This document shows, piece after piece, positions 19,954 through 30,624 of a stretch of DNA of 64,000 nt (its first letter is position 1; each line of letters opens with the position of its first letter). The stretch comes from Promethearchaeota archaeon (lineage in GTDB: Archaea; Asgardarchaeota; Lokiarchaeia; Sigyniarchaeales; SOKP01), in assembly GCA_048941285.1 (NCBI GenBank), contig JBHLNS010000007.1, forward strand, positions 1 to 64,000, written 5' to 3'. Made by a program: the position numbers and the translations under genes. The notes under the pieces were generated by a model, which was given only the letters and a program-made list of their open reading frames with translations, made no database searches and was not told the origin of the DNA.

Positions 19954-20373
19954 TTATTTAAATTCTTCTCCACATATTCTACAAAATTTTTCAATGCTCG
20001 TTCTTTTATTACCGCAGTTTGGGCAGAATGAAAGCAATCTCACTTCAGATTTTTGTGTACCCATTACACCTGAATAAAATATTGCGATTTTTCTACTTTT
20101 TACGAGTGTATAGATTGTAAAACTAAATACGATGAGTAGAATAATTAAATAAGGCAACATGTACATCAATGAATATAGAATCCAGGATTCAAAACCGCCA
20201 TATTTAATAGCAGATATAATTGAATTAATGAATGAAAAGATAAACGGCACAATAATCATAGTTAGTAGAAATAATCCTGCCAATGACAAAATAAATACAT
20301 TAGTTGCTTGCTTTTTACTTAAATTTATCCCAAACCAAGTTGGTTCTTTTCGATTCATTCGATCACCCTCCAA
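19954..20373 (-). CDS. Membrane protein with C-terminal zinc ribbon
   Basis: Two hydrophobic segments; FCPNCG...FCRICG. Confidence 0.8.
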   Translation of the reverse strand: MEGDRMNRKEPTWFGINLSKKQATNVFILSLAGLFLLTMIIVPFIFSFINSIISAIKYGGFESWILYSLMYMLPYLIILLIVFSFTIYTLVKSRKIAIFYSGVMGTQKSEVRLLSFCPNCGNKRTSIEKFCRICGEEFK

Positions 20374-20611
20374 TTTAAATAGTTTTAAAATAGTTCAATA
20401 TTAAAAATCCAACTTGCCTTTTTAAATGTTTTGACTTAAAATATAGAGTTTATTGATATAGAGAAATATCTAAAAATAAATTAGAAAGCGAATTCTTTTA
20501 GAATTTATTATTAGAGATTAATATTTCCTAAAGCAAACCTTTATTTTTCATAAATTATTTTACTTATATGAATAAGAGCGCAAAAAAGTAAGTAATTAGT
20601 GAAAATTAAAA

Positions 20612-21760
20612 TTGAATTTTGAAGATTTAGGAATTAGCGAAAGTAATACTCTCGCTTTAAAAAGAAATAATATAATTTATCCTACCCCTGTCCAAAAAAA
20701 GGCCATCCCCTTAATTATTAAGGGACATCATATAATGACTCAATCTAAAACAGGTTCTGGAAAGACTTTAGCATTTATTCTACCAATTATAGAGCAATTG
20801 AAATATATTAATAATGAAGCTTTAATATTAGCACCAACACGAGAGCTAGCAAAACAGACAAATAAAGTGATTAAAGACTTAGGAAATGGTAGAGTGAAGT
20901 CGATGACAATCTATGGTGGGGTTTCAATAAATAATCAGATTAAAAAAATTGTACAAGGGGTAAACATCATAGTTGGAACTCCAGGTAGAATCATAGACCT
21001 TTATAAAAGAAGGAATTTATCTTTCCAAAACATCCGTTTCGTTGTTTTAGATGAAGCTGACAGGCTTTGGGATATGGGGTTTGCTCCCGATGTTAAATAC
21101 ATTCTAAGTAAAATCCGAACAGAATACCAATTTATGTTATTTTCAGCAACATTAGATTATGACATGAGAAAGCTCGTTAAAAAGTATACAAAAAATAAAT
21201 TCGAATTTATAAATTTAAGCAGAGATAGTTTAACGGTAGGGAACACTAGACAATTTTATTATTTAATCGACCGTTTTGAAGAGAAATATAAAACTTTTTT
21301 GAAAGTTTTAAGAATTGAAAAACCAAAACATGTATTAATATTTGTAAATACAAAAAAAACTGCTACTTGGTTAGAAAGGAGATTAAAAAACCAAAAAGGT
21401 TTAAATTTTAAAGTAGGTGTCATTTCTGGGAGATTATCTCAGTTTCAAAGAGAGAAAATTCTGACGGATTTCAGAAATCAAACTGTTAATTTACTAATTG
21501 CCACTGATGTAGCAGCTCGAGGGCTTGATATTGATGATGTCTCTCATGTGATAAATTATGATGTACCAAAATTTCCTGAGAATTATATTCATAGGATAGG
21601 GCGAACATCACGAATGAATAAAAAAGGAGTTGCGATCACTCTTTGTTTAAAAGATGAATATGAATATTTATGTCATATTGAAGGATTAATTGATAGAGAA
21701 ATTGAATTGAAAACTATAGAGATAAGAGAAAATCGACATTATCATAATCCTTTTTATTAA
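20612..21760 (+). CDS. DEAD-box RNA helicase
   Basis: Q motif PTPVQ, SKTGSGKT, PTRELA, GTPGR, DEAD, SAT, ARGLD, HRIGRTSR. Confidence 0.96.
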   Translation: MNFEDLGISESNTLALKRNNIIYPTPVQKKAIPLIIKGHHIMTQSKTGSGKTLAFILPIIEQLKYINNEALILAPTRELAKQTNKVIKDLGNGRVKSMTIYGGVSINNQIKKIVQGVNIIVGTPGRIIDLYKRRNLSFQNIRFVVLDEADRLWDMGFAPDVKYILSKIRTEYQFMLFSATLDYDMRKLVKKYTKNKFEFINLSRDSLTVGNTRQFYYLIDRFEEKYKTFLKVLRIEKPKHVLIFVNTKKTATWLERRLKNQKGLNFKVGVISGRLSQFQREKILTDFRNQTVNLLIATDVAARGLDIDDVSHVINYDVPKFPENYIHRIGRTSRMNKKGVAITLCLKDEYEYLCHIEGLIDREIELKTIEIRENRHYHNPFY

Positions 21761-21768
21761 TACTGATA

Positions 21769-24700
21769 TTAAGTAAATTTTTCTTTCCAATCTTCTAATT
21801 CAGCTGAGAACTCATCTCTGACCTCATCATCTAAAGGTTCTTTTATAGAACGCAATTTACTAATCCATTGTCGTATTGTATTCACTGCAACTGCTCCATG
21901 CGATTGCAAAAGAATGTCTGCGATGCTTTGCAAATCATTACTTAATTCCTCTCCTTTTAAAGTTTGAATATTCTCAAATAAACTATTAAATTTGTCGTTT
22001 AAAGTTCCAATCATTCCACCTTTACCAATTGTATTAGAGTCTTCAAACAAGTCATATGAAGGACTATTTTCTAGGGTTGTTTCATAATCATCAAGAGAAT
22101 AATTATCTTTCCATTTTATAAATTCTATTTGAAAATCATCCTTAATTTCACTTTCAAGTGGACCTTTAATCTTTCGAAGTTTACTTATCCAGTCTTTTAT
22201 ATCCTTTAAGATCATTGAGTATCCTTCAGTTTCTAATATAATATCAACAATATTTTGCATTATTTTGCCTATCTCATATCCTGTCAATTCTCCTAATTTT
22301 AACTGGATTTTATTGAACAATTCTCTCATTTTTATTTTTGGATCAACTTTATTTTCATCACTGATTAATGAGAATTCTTCTTCAGCTTTAAATTGAGATT
22401 GGGATAATCCAGGACTAACGTATTCTTCTTCAAAAATTGATAAAGCACTTTCTTTTTTTGCATATTCAAGAGCTTCATTAGATTCTTCCTTTAGTTTTAT
22501 CGTTGAAATGGGGTTTTGGTGTAATAAACCTAATTTCCAACTTAAAAGATCTTCTCTAATCTTTTGTTTAAAAGGTTCCTCCAATCTCTTATCGATATCT
22601 CGTAAAGAGTTTCTCCACTCAATAATATTTGAATATCCTTGTAATTTTAAAACTATTTCAATAAATTTATCAATTTGCTCTCCAATTTCTATTCCTTTAA
22701 GACTCTCGATTTTTTCAAGAAATAATTCAAATAAATTATCTAGCTTCTCAACATCAAGTGACTCAATTTGAGGTGGTACTCTCTCAATTTCTAATTCACT
22801 TTCGCCGTCTTCCTTTAAAATTGGGGGTCTAAAGTCAGGGGGATAATTTAATTCTAAAGATGAGAATTTGTTATTCAATTTATTAAGCGCGTTAATAATA
22901 TATTCTTTCATTTCGTTATCTAATGGCAAATAAGATTTTTCCAATTTCCCAATCAATAATTTGAGTTCTAAAATGTCAAGAGAGATTCCATCCTTTTCAA
23001 AAGCTACATCTAATAAATTTTTGAGCTTTTTTCCAATTTTTCTACCGCTAAAATCGTTGATATATTCAATAATTTCATTAAATCCTCTATTAATTTCAAC
23101 TTCCCGAGAGTATCTTGCTTTACTTGTAATCTGATCAATTAAGGGAGATATTACCTCAATTATAGGTTTATATGTGGTAAAAAAACCGCTTAAATCAAAA
23201 AGAGGTTTATTACTAATTTTTTGATAGACTCCAAAAATTAAAGAAGATTCATCAGCATTAATAGCAAATATATTATTATTATTAATTTGTAAGTATTCGA
23301 TATTCATTTTTTTAGCAAAAGCGAGTGCATACTTATTTTCATGAGGATCTGATGATATAATTTTTATGTGTAATTCTTTAGGTTGAGTTTGCTCATTAGA
23401 CTTTTCAAGATTTGATTCAAATTCATCAACAACATCTTGTTCTGGTTTAGATTCAATTATCTTTATTTTAGGATAATCATTTTTCCATTTTTCAATATCC
23501 TCTAAAAGCAGATATTGAGTATTTGAATCTAAATGTTTTCTAATAACTAACAATCTATTCAACCAACCTTGTATACTATCAAGAACAATAGATTCTGCAT
23601 TAACCTCTGAAATTAATGCTAATAAATCAGCAATATCATGACTTAATTCAAATCCTTTAAGTTCTGCAACTTTTTTAGCTGTGTTATCAATTTTTTCTAA
23701 GATTTCTATTGTTTGTTTTTTAGGTACAGAGATTGTGTTACGGTTCTGTGTTTTTTGCAAAGCTTCCTTCTGTGGAACTCCTTTTTTTATGCTAAAATCA
23801 TTTGAATAGTCTAAGTTAAATTTCTCTAAGGGAATAAATCCTTCGATATTAGGTACTATAATCTTTATATGGTTTTTGCTTTTTTCTAATAATATAGAGA
23901 TGATTTCTTTAATCTTTTCATAACTATTTACTATCCAAAACTTATCTAAAGAATCCTTTGTTATGCTAATATAATTAGTTAGAAGGTTGTAAAGGGAATT
24001 TTCAAGAGTATGAATTCTTTTCGAAGAAGGACCGCTTGTTTCGAAAGATAACTCTTGGACTCTTTTGTCAATTGAGTCTACTAAGTTTTTTATGAATGAT
24101 TTAAACGCCTCAACCTCAGCGGGAATATTTGGAGACTCTAGTTTTTTAACAATTTCCCTAAATTGAGAAAACATATTTGCAACCATTTCCTCTGATTCTG
24201 GTACTTTTTGTTTTACTGAGTTAATTAGTGTGGTAAAATCCCGAGCATCAACAGCAGATTGCAATCTAAGAGGTGAAATCAATCCAATAACATCATCTAA
24301 TATTACCTGTGCAAGTTTTTTTACATTTTCCTCAACTTCTGATAATATTTCCATTGTCTGGCCAGAAGTTCCTTTTTTACTAAGTAATTCAATCAAATCT
24401 TCACTATTTTTTTCTAAATCATGATAGAGATTCTCCTGAAATTTTTCAATCATTGGATACTTTTTCTTTTCTTCTATAGTTGTTTCATCAGAATTTTCAG
24501 TTGAATCAGCTAAGATATTTAAAAATGCTGCAAATGGAGGAATTGTAATGTAGTGTGGTATAGATTCTGAGTATTTGGGATTAACTAGTAAAATAAGTTT
24601 TTTTTCAATAAGCTCGGTGATAAGTTTCTTAACTACTTCTTCTGAGAGATGTGGTACAATGCTTTGAATTTCACTAAAAGTAAATGGAAATTTCCCTAAA

Positions 24701-24774
24701 CCTTTAAGATAAATGCTAATAGCATCATCAGAAAGATTAAAAGATTCTAAAAGAGCTTTCAATTTAAAAACCAA
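21769..24774 (-). CDS. TrmB-like wHTH / PLD-like protein with five copies of a ~60-aa helical domain
   Basis: N-terminal LESFNLSDDAISIYLK...LITELIEKKLI; repeat consensus L(K/T)GxE(L/I)...W(I/L)xxLR...L...(E/D)xxxWK. Confidence 0.6.
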   Translation of the reverse strand: MVFKLKALLESFNLSDDAISIYLKGLGKFPFTFSEIQSIVPHLSEEVVKKLITELIEKKLILLVNPKYSESIPHYITIPPFAAFLNILADSTENSDETTIEEKKKYPMIEKFQENLYHDLEKNSEDLIELLSKKGTSGQTMEILSEVEENVKKLAQVILDDVIGLISPLRLQSAVDARDFTTLINSVKQKVPESEEMVANMFSQFREIVKKLESPNIPAEVEAFKSFIKNLVDSIDKRVQELSFETSGPSSKRIHTLENSLYNLLTNYISITKDSLDKFWIVNSYEKIKEIISILLEKSKNHIKIIVPNIEGFIPLEKFNLDYSNDFSIKKGVPQKEALQKTQNRNTISVPKKQTIEILEKIDNTAKKVAELKGFELSHDIADLLALISEVNAESIVLDSIQGWLNRLLVIRKHLDSNTQYLLLEDIEKWKNDYPKIKIIESKPEQDVVDEFESNLEKSNEQTQPKELHIKIISSDPHENKYALAFAKKMNIEYLQINNNNIFAINADESSLIFGVYQKISNKPLFDLSGFFTTYKPIIEVISPLIDQITSKARYSREVEINRGFNEIIEYINDFSGRKIGKKLKNLLDVAFEKDGISLDILELKLLIGKLEKSYLPLDNEMKEYIINALNKLNNKFSSLELNYPPDFRPPILKEDGESELEIERVPPQIESLDVEKLDNLFELFLEKIESLKGIEIGEQIDKFIEIVLKLQGYSNIIEWRNSLRDIDKRLEEPFKQKIREDLLSWKLGLLHQNPISTIKLKEESNEALEYAKKESALSIFEEEYVSPGLSQSQFKAEEEFSLISDENKVDPKIKMRELFNKIQLKLGELTGYEIGKIMQNIVDIILETEGYSMILKDIKDWISKLRKIKGPLESEIKDDFQIEFIKWKDNYSLDDYETTLENSPSYDLFEDSNTIGKGGMIGTLNDKFNSLFENIQTLKGEELSNDLQSIADILLQSHGAVAVNTIRQWISKLRSIKEPLDDEVRDEFSAELEDWKEKFT

Positions 24775-25056
24775 AGTTTTCTATTTAAGGTGAATATTTT
24801 ACTTTTCTTATTATATCATGAAAGAACTTATTTTTTAATATTCTGAAAAAGAAATATCAAATCGAAAAACTAAATTTTGCTTCCAATCAGATGCATTTCT
24901 TCAATAAAAAAAATTATACATTCCTTTTATTGGTATACCTCTTCACTTTTATTCCAAAAAAACTAAGCATTTATAATTCAAATTATCTTATTGAAAAATA
25001 GGATAAAAGTTATTTTTGAACGAGTTCTTTAAATAGATGTAAGGTAAATATGAAAA

Positions 25057-25872
25057 ATGGGTAATATTAAAGATTATCCTTGGGTCTTTCCACTTATTGG
25101 AGGAATAATTGCTCTTATAGCTTTTATATCTCCAGCAGGTTATTACTCCGATTATTATGGTTATATGGATTTTTGGATGTGGGGATTAATTTCATTAAAT
25201 CTTTATGGATATGGTAGTGTTACTGCATTTACAGAAGATCCTGGTGAAATTATTATATCAGCAATCTGCTCTTTATTAGTATTAATAAGTATTATATTAA
25301 TTATCTCTAAGGCGTATAAAACTAGGAAATACAGTTATGTAAGTACCTGGTTAGCACCTTCAATTTTGATGATGATTGGCACTATAGGATGGATCGTGGG
25401 AATGGAATTAAATGGACGTATATTCTATGATGTTAGCCTTTGGTCTGTCATAAGCCCAGGATTTGGCGTAATAGGAATGTTTTTAGGTGGGATATTATCA
25501 ATAGTAGGGCATGTGATCTCAAAAACGAGTCCTAAACAACCAAGAGAAGTAATTGTCCCTATGAAAGAACAATTTATGAGACCTACAGCTGATCAATCAA
25601 ATGATTTAGCAGTAGAATTAGGAACTCGTACAGTTAAGTTTTGTCCTATGTGCGGGGATAAACTCATAAAGATAAATCAAAAATTTTGCAGTAGTTGTGG
25701 ATTTAACTTTATGAATATTTCACAAGATCCAACAAATAAACAAGTAATAAAACCATTAACTATTCCTCCAGACATTGAAGAAGACTCGTTTATAAAAGAA
25801 GATTGTCCTAATTGTGAGATGTCTCGTAAACTTAAACGTCAAGAATGTATATGGTGTGGTAAAAGCTTATAA
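25057..25872 (+). CDS. Membrane protein with zinc-ribbon domains
   Basis: About 4-5 TM segments; FCPMCG...FCSSCG and CPNC...CIWCG. Confidence 0.8.
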   Translation: MGNIKDYPWVFPLIGGIIALIAFISPAGYYSDYYGYMDFWMWGLISLNLYGYGSVTAFTEDPGEIIISAICSLLVLISIILIISKAYKTRKYSYVSTWLAPSILMMIGTIGWIVGMELNGRIFYDVSLWSVISPGFGVIGMFLGGILSIVGHVISKTSPKQPREVIVPMKEQFMRPTADQSNDLAVELGTRTVKFCPMCGDKLIKINQKFCSSCGFNFMNISQDPTNKQVIKPLTIPPDIEEDSFIKEDCPNCEMSRKLKRQECIWCGKSL

Positions 25873-26131
25873 ACATAATGCCACAATTGAGGAGTTTCTA
25901 GTTTAATACTAAGTATTTCTAGCGAATGTTATATAATAATAGGGAAATTAACATGATAAATCATTAATAATAAAATGGAGAATTTTTGCATATCAGAGCT
26001 AATTTCACATAAGAATACTCCTTTCAACACTTAAAAATAGCAAAACTTTTCTTTTGCAAATTTTTATATTACAAGAGTTTTATAGAATTAATAAGACTTA
26101 ATTTATAATTTTAGATTTTTAAAAGCGAGGA

Positions 26132-26755
26132 TTGATATATTTGCCAAGTCGTCGAGGAGATGGGACTCTTGTATTTAAGATCTGCTTTTACGGCCCAAGC
26201 TTAGGTGGAAAAACCACAGCTCTAGATTGGGTTTATAAACGTGAAGGTCTTGCTACGGGGGATATGCAACAGATACAAGATCCAACAGGTCGTACATTAT
26301 TTTTCGATCGTGTTGTTGCAAGGGTTTCAAATGTGGTATTTCAAGTTTATACTGTTGCTGGACAACGTAGACATAAATTTCAAAGACAAACTGTTCTCAA
26401 AGGTACAGATGCCGTGATATTCACTTGGGATTCATTAATAGACCAATGGGGAGAGAACATTTGGAGTTTGAAAGAGTTACTCCGATTTTATGGTGATAAG
26501 TTAATACCTTCAGAAGCTTTTGCTCCTCCAGAAGTACCTACAGTCGTTCTTGCTAATAAACGAGATTTAGAGGATATTGTAGAGATATCAAAGATACGTC
26601 AAGCCCTTGATACTGCTAAATTAAATCATGTATTAATTTATGAGACAATAGCAATACAAGGGATTAATGTAAAAAGAGCTTTCGTATACGCAGCCCGTCA
26701 AGCAGTTCTCAATCATTACAAGAAGCTTTCAGGGAAATCAATGGAAGCTGCTTAA
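26132..26755 (+). CDS. mglA: Small GTPase, MglA-like
   Basis: G1 GPSLGGKTT, switch I GRTLFFD, G3 variant TVAGQ, G4 NKRD. Confidence 0.8.
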   Translation: MIYLPSRRGDGTLVFKICFYGPSLGGKTTALDWVYKREGLATGDMQQIQDPTGRTLFFDRVVARVSNVVFQVYTVAGQRRHKFQRQTVLKGTDAVIFTWDSLIDQWGENIWSLKELLRFYGDKLIPSEAFAPPEVPTVVLANKRDLEDIVEISKIRQALDTAKLNHVLIYETIAIQGINVKRAFVYAARQAVLNHYKKLSGKSMEAA

Positions 26756-26798
26756 TCTAATTTTTTAAATAAATTTTCCTTATCCTTTTAGAACGTTA

Positions 26799-27218
26799 TT
26801 AGACATTCTTGACTCTTTTTAAAGTTAATTTTTTATGTAAGTCATCACAACGTTTATACCATAGAATTTCATACTCTTTTTGATCAACGATTCGATTACT
26901 TAAATCAGCAATAGAATATATTCCTGAATCTTTACACCACTTTATACAAATTTCATACATCTCCCAATCTAATTCCTCATCCTCCCAAATTACCGGTATT
27001 TCTTCAAAACCCGCTTGATATGTAGCAAACGCTCGTGTGTGACCATCTGTATAAAAAATTTCTTTACCCATTTTTTTAATAGGGATTGCATCCAATGTGG
27101 ATAGATCTTTTGATTTAAATTTCTCTTTTATTTTTTCAAGTTTTTCCTTGCTAATATATAATTGACTGGGTTGAATCTCTTTATAATTCAATTTAAAAGA
27201 AGATTTTACAGAATTCAT
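26799..27218 (-). CDS. ParB/sulfiredoxin-like small protein
   Basis: IQPSQLYI...PI...TDGHTRA motif. Confidence 0.6.
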   Translation of the reverse strand: MNSVKSSFKLNYKEIQPSQLYISKEKLEKIKEKFKSKDLSTLDAIPIKKMGKEIFYTDGHTRAFATYQAGFEEIPVIWEDEELDWEMYEICIKWCKDSGIYSIADLSNRIVDQKEYEILWYKRCDDLHKKLTLKRVKNV

Positions 27219-27232
27219 AATATATCCAGACC

Positions 27233-27763
27233 TTATAGATAAATAATTTTTGGTTCTACTTTATCTTGAGATATTTTTATGTATCCATAAGAGTTAATGT
27301 CAGCAAAACGCCTATCAGTAGGGGTACCTGGACTAATATATAATTTGTTATCTCTCCATTGTTTATTGAAAGGCTTGTGAACATGACCAAAAATGATGAT
27401 ATCATATTCAGCTAAATTAAACCTTTTGTTTAAACGTTCAATAATATTATCTGGTCCACCAGCACCATGTGTTATAAAAATTTTATGTCCATATAAATCT
27501 AATTCTATTTTCTCAGATAATTCTTTTGAAATTTTTGAATCATCCATATTACCGACAATTGCTATAAGTTTCTCCTTTCCAAAAATATCTTGAAGTTTCT
27601 CATATACTTTATAACTTGTGAAATCTCCCACATGAATTAAATAATCAATCTTTTTTTCGTGGAAATCTTCTATTATAAATTCTAGAATCTCTAGTTCTCC
27701 AGATCTTATATGAGTATCTCCAATAAGCCCAATTAATAATTCTTTTTTATTGGTCTTGATCAT
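27233..27763 (-). CDS. YfcE/MJ0936/Vps29-family metallophosphoesterase
   Basis: GDTH, HVGD, GNMD, THG, GHVH, SPG motifs. Confidence 0.9.
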   Translation of the reverse strand: MIKTNKKELLIGLIGDTHIRSGELEILEFIIEDFHEKKIDYLIHVGDFTSYKVYEKLQDIFGKEKLIAIVGNMDDSKISKELSEKIELDLYGHKIFITHGAGGPDNIIERLNKRFNLAEYDIIIFGHVHKPFNKQWRDNKLYISPGTPTDRRFADINSYGYIKISQDKVEPKIIYL

Positions 27764-28679
27764 CTTTTTCAGTTTCTTTCAATCTAATCTTAGTTACTTT
27801 TAAGGAAAAATTAATTAATTCGTCTAGACTTTTCCACTTTCCTTTATTTAAGATTTCTTTTATCCAATAAAATATATCTTGATCAATAGCAACAGTGGTA
27901 TAAATTGGTTTTGATGATTTGTCTTCTTCTGGACCTATTTTATTTAGCAGCCAAGAAATTATATTGCTAACAAGTTTAAAGTTTTCTGTTGATCCTATCC
28001 CGTACGATTTGCTTAAACTTGAAAAAATAGAAAGATTTCCTATAACAGCTACTTTACCTAAATAATAATGTACAACAGATATGATTGGAAGGTGCTGTTC
28101 TGATTCATCGCACCACTCATCTCCATTGAAATAACTATGCCATGAAGAATTTTTTGAAGAAAATGCTATACAATTAATGTCAATTTTATCATTTTCAATG
28201 GATTTATCTATTTTTAAAGTACAGCCATTGGAATGAATAAATTGAGAGAGATCTCTTGTAATAAAGTGGCTTTTAAATTCTTTTATAACAGGATGAGAGT
28301 TTTTTTTTATAAAAAATTCATTATCAAATAGACGATCAGAATTGAATTTAATACCAAAATGTTTGGTTAATTCAGATAAATTATTTTTATTTTCATAATC
28401 TCCACCACCATCATTTATTGCAAGGAGGCTTCCCCCGTCCTCTACATATTTGACTAAAGCCTCAATTTCTTCTAAATCCAAATTTGGTCCGAGATGAGGA
28501 ACTCCAATTATGAAGATATCATACTTCTTTAACTTATCATAGGTTAAACCAGCTTCAATTTTTCCCAATTTAAAATCTGATTCAAAAAAGTATTGAATAA
28601 AATCTGTAAAAGCATTATTTTCAATTGTTAATTTATTATTATGAGAGTAATCAAGCCCAATAGCTATATCTTTTGTCAT
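27747..28679 (-). CDS. GldG/IFT52 (GIFT, DUF4350-like) domain protein with possible C-terminal ribbon-helix-helix
   Basis: LDYSHNN, EIEALVKYVEDGGSLL, NLSELTKHFGIKF, GKVAVIG, NFKLVSNIISWL. Confidence 0.65.
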   Translation of the reverse strand: MTKDIAIGLDYSHNNKLTIENNAFTDFIQYFFESDFKLGKIEAGLTYDKLKKYDIFIIGVPHLGPNLDLEEIEALVKYVEDGGSLLAINDGGGDYENKNNLSELTKHFGIKFNSDRLFDNEFFIKKNSHPVIKEFKSHFITRDLSQFIHSNGCTLKIDKSIENDKIDINCIAFSSKNSSWHSYFNGDEWCDESEQHLPIISVVHYYLGKVAVIGNLSIFSSLSKSYGIGSTENFKLVSNIISWLLNKIGPEEDKSSKPIYTTVAIDQDIFYWIKEILNKGKWKSLDELINFSLKVTKIRLKETEKDDQDQ

Positions 28680-28748
28680 AAGAATGAGAAATTATTTTTT
28701 TATAACAATGATTTATTATCTAAATATTCCTCATCTAAGTATAAATCT

Positions 28749-30122
28749 TTAATGTTTATTTAGTGATAAGTTTTTTAAAGTGATAAGTGCACTTCCGACT
28801 TGAACACGGACTAGTTTTTGGATGGGAATAACCTTAAATTTAGTCCTGCTTAATATTTCATTAACTTTTTGTTCGATCCAATTATCGTAGTTCTTTTTAA
28901 TTGTTGTAATTTCCACTTTATTTTCTGGGTGATAAGCAAGTGCCTCATCACATAATCTTGTAACCATTGAAGCATTTAATAAATCATACCATGGTTTTGA
29001 CACGTTTAGATCAAAAGCTTGAGCTACTGTGGCTTTCCTATCATAAAAAGAGGAAGTTTTTGCTTCATGAATTTGAAGGCTAATTATTGATCCTCTTCTC
29101 CGCAGGTAATCATCTATTGCAGTATAAATTCTTGTGTTCTTGTTGGAGTATTTTCTTATTGATCTAAATATCTTCTTTGCTTGTTTATAAATTTCCTTTA
29201 TATATTCCAGCGATCCTAAACGTAGATCTTTCCTTTCATCGTCTAATAGCGAACTATCTCCAATAGTTTTATCATAGAAATATGGAATTTCACAAGTAAA
29301 AGAAAAAGATTCATTATCAATAATATTTTTAAGGTAATCAAAAGAGCTAGTACCACATTTAATCACTTGCTGCGGATTTTCAACACCTTCATCTACAAAA
29401 GAATCATACATTTCTTGAACTCCAATTGGTTGAAAGAATCCATCATGGATTTTTTTTATAGAGGACATTTCAGGTTCTCCCAAATGCAATGGCAATTTTT
29501 CTTTAGTCACAAAATTAACTAAATCATCACACATACTTCCGATTTCACGTGAAATATAAAAGTAAACGCCACCAAAACTAGAGTTATGAAAGCTGTACAT
29601 AAACTTAGGCTTTATATTAATCATTAATTCCATTAAAGATCGCGTTTCTGGTAATGGGGAGTTGAACTGAAGTTTTTTATATTTCACGGGAAAAGTCCAA
29701 TCAACTTGTTCGAAGGGTGCAGGTCTATAAAAATTCTTAGCGTATTTCAATGGATTGAAATTTCCCTTAAACCATCCTTCATTAAGAATCGCTCCATCGA
29801 TGTCGATTGCTTTAATAATGTACCACTTATAGCCTGATTCATTAGTAAAATTAGGATTTTTCGCTAGAAACCATGATAAAAACTCTAAACTCATACTTCC
29901 TATTGGTTCATTAGGATGTGGAAACGCATAAAGAAGTGCGTTTTTTTCTCCTTCTCCTATCATCAAACTATAAATTGGACGGTCCTCTCGTGATTTTCCA
30001 ATTTCTTTTAGTTCAACATTTTCAAATTCCCTAGCTAAGTTCTTACTAGAAGCATTTAGTTCAGCAATAGTCATAAACTCTTTATAATTTGGAATCTGAT
30101 CTAGAAATTCTCTAAGCTCCAT
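28749..30122 (-). CDS. M14 family zinc carboxypeptidase
   Basis: IGKSREDRPI, HPNE, DIDG, PETR, SFHN. Confidence 0.88.
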   Translation of the reverse strand: MELREFLDQIPNYKEFMTIAELNASSKNLAREFENVELKEIGKSREDRPIYSLMIGEGEKNALLYAFPHPNEPIGSMSLEFLSWFLAKNPNFTNESGYKWYIIKAIDIDGAILNEGWFKGNFNPLKYAKNFYRPAPFEQVDWTFPVKYKKLQFNSPLPETRSLMELMINIKPKFMYSFHNSSFGGVYFYISREIGSMCDDLVNFVTKEKLPLHLGEPEMSSIKKIHDGFFQPIGVQEMYDSFVDEGVENPQQVIKCGTSSFDYLKNIIDNESFSFTCEIPYFYDKTIGDSSLLDDERKDLRLGSLEYIKEIYKQAKKIFRSIRKYSNKNTRIYTAIDDYLRRRGSIISLQIHEAKTSSFYDRKATVAQAFDLNVSKPWYDLLNASMVTRLCDEALAYHPENKVEITTIKKNYDNWIEQKVNEILSRTKFKVIPIQKLVRVQVGSALITLKNLSLNKH

Positions 30123-30256
30123 TTCTTTGAACCTAAAATATTGAATGAAATTCGCTTATAAGTTAATAGACGAATTAAATTTTCTTTTCTTTATAAAATT
30201 TTCATAAAAGAAACAACAAGCCATACTTTTAATATTACAGGAAATTTATCTTATTT

Positions 30257-30619
30257 ATGTTAAAAAAGAATTATACAGAAGTAGAAGAGAAGGAAGCAGT
30301 ATTAGCAGATGGTACTAAAGTAGATGGAATTTTCATTCGATGGCTTATTGATGAAAATTCAGGTGCACAGAATTTTGCAATGAGACGAATCGAAGTTAAG
30401 CCAACAGAAAAAATTCCTCTTCATAATCATCCTGAGGAACATGAAATTTATATTTTAGAGGGACATGGGAAATTTTATAATGATAAAGGAGAAATTGAAA
30501 TGACAAAGAAAGGGGATTTCGTATATATTCCACCTAATGAAAATCATGGGATAGATAATGTAGGAGAGGATGCCCTTACTTTCCTCTGTCTTATTCCTTA
30601 TCTTAAAAGTAAGAATTAA
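30257..30619 (+). CDS. Cupin domain protein
   Basis: PLHNHPEEHEIYILEG...GDFVYIPPNENH. Confidence 0.9.
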   Translation: MLKKNYTEVEEKEAVLADGTKVDGIFIRWLIDENSGAQNFAMRRIEVKPTEKIPLHNHPEEHEIYILEGHGKFYNDKGEIEMTKKGDFVYIPPNENHGIDNVGEDALTFLCLIPYLKSKN

Positions 30620-30624
30620 ATTAA

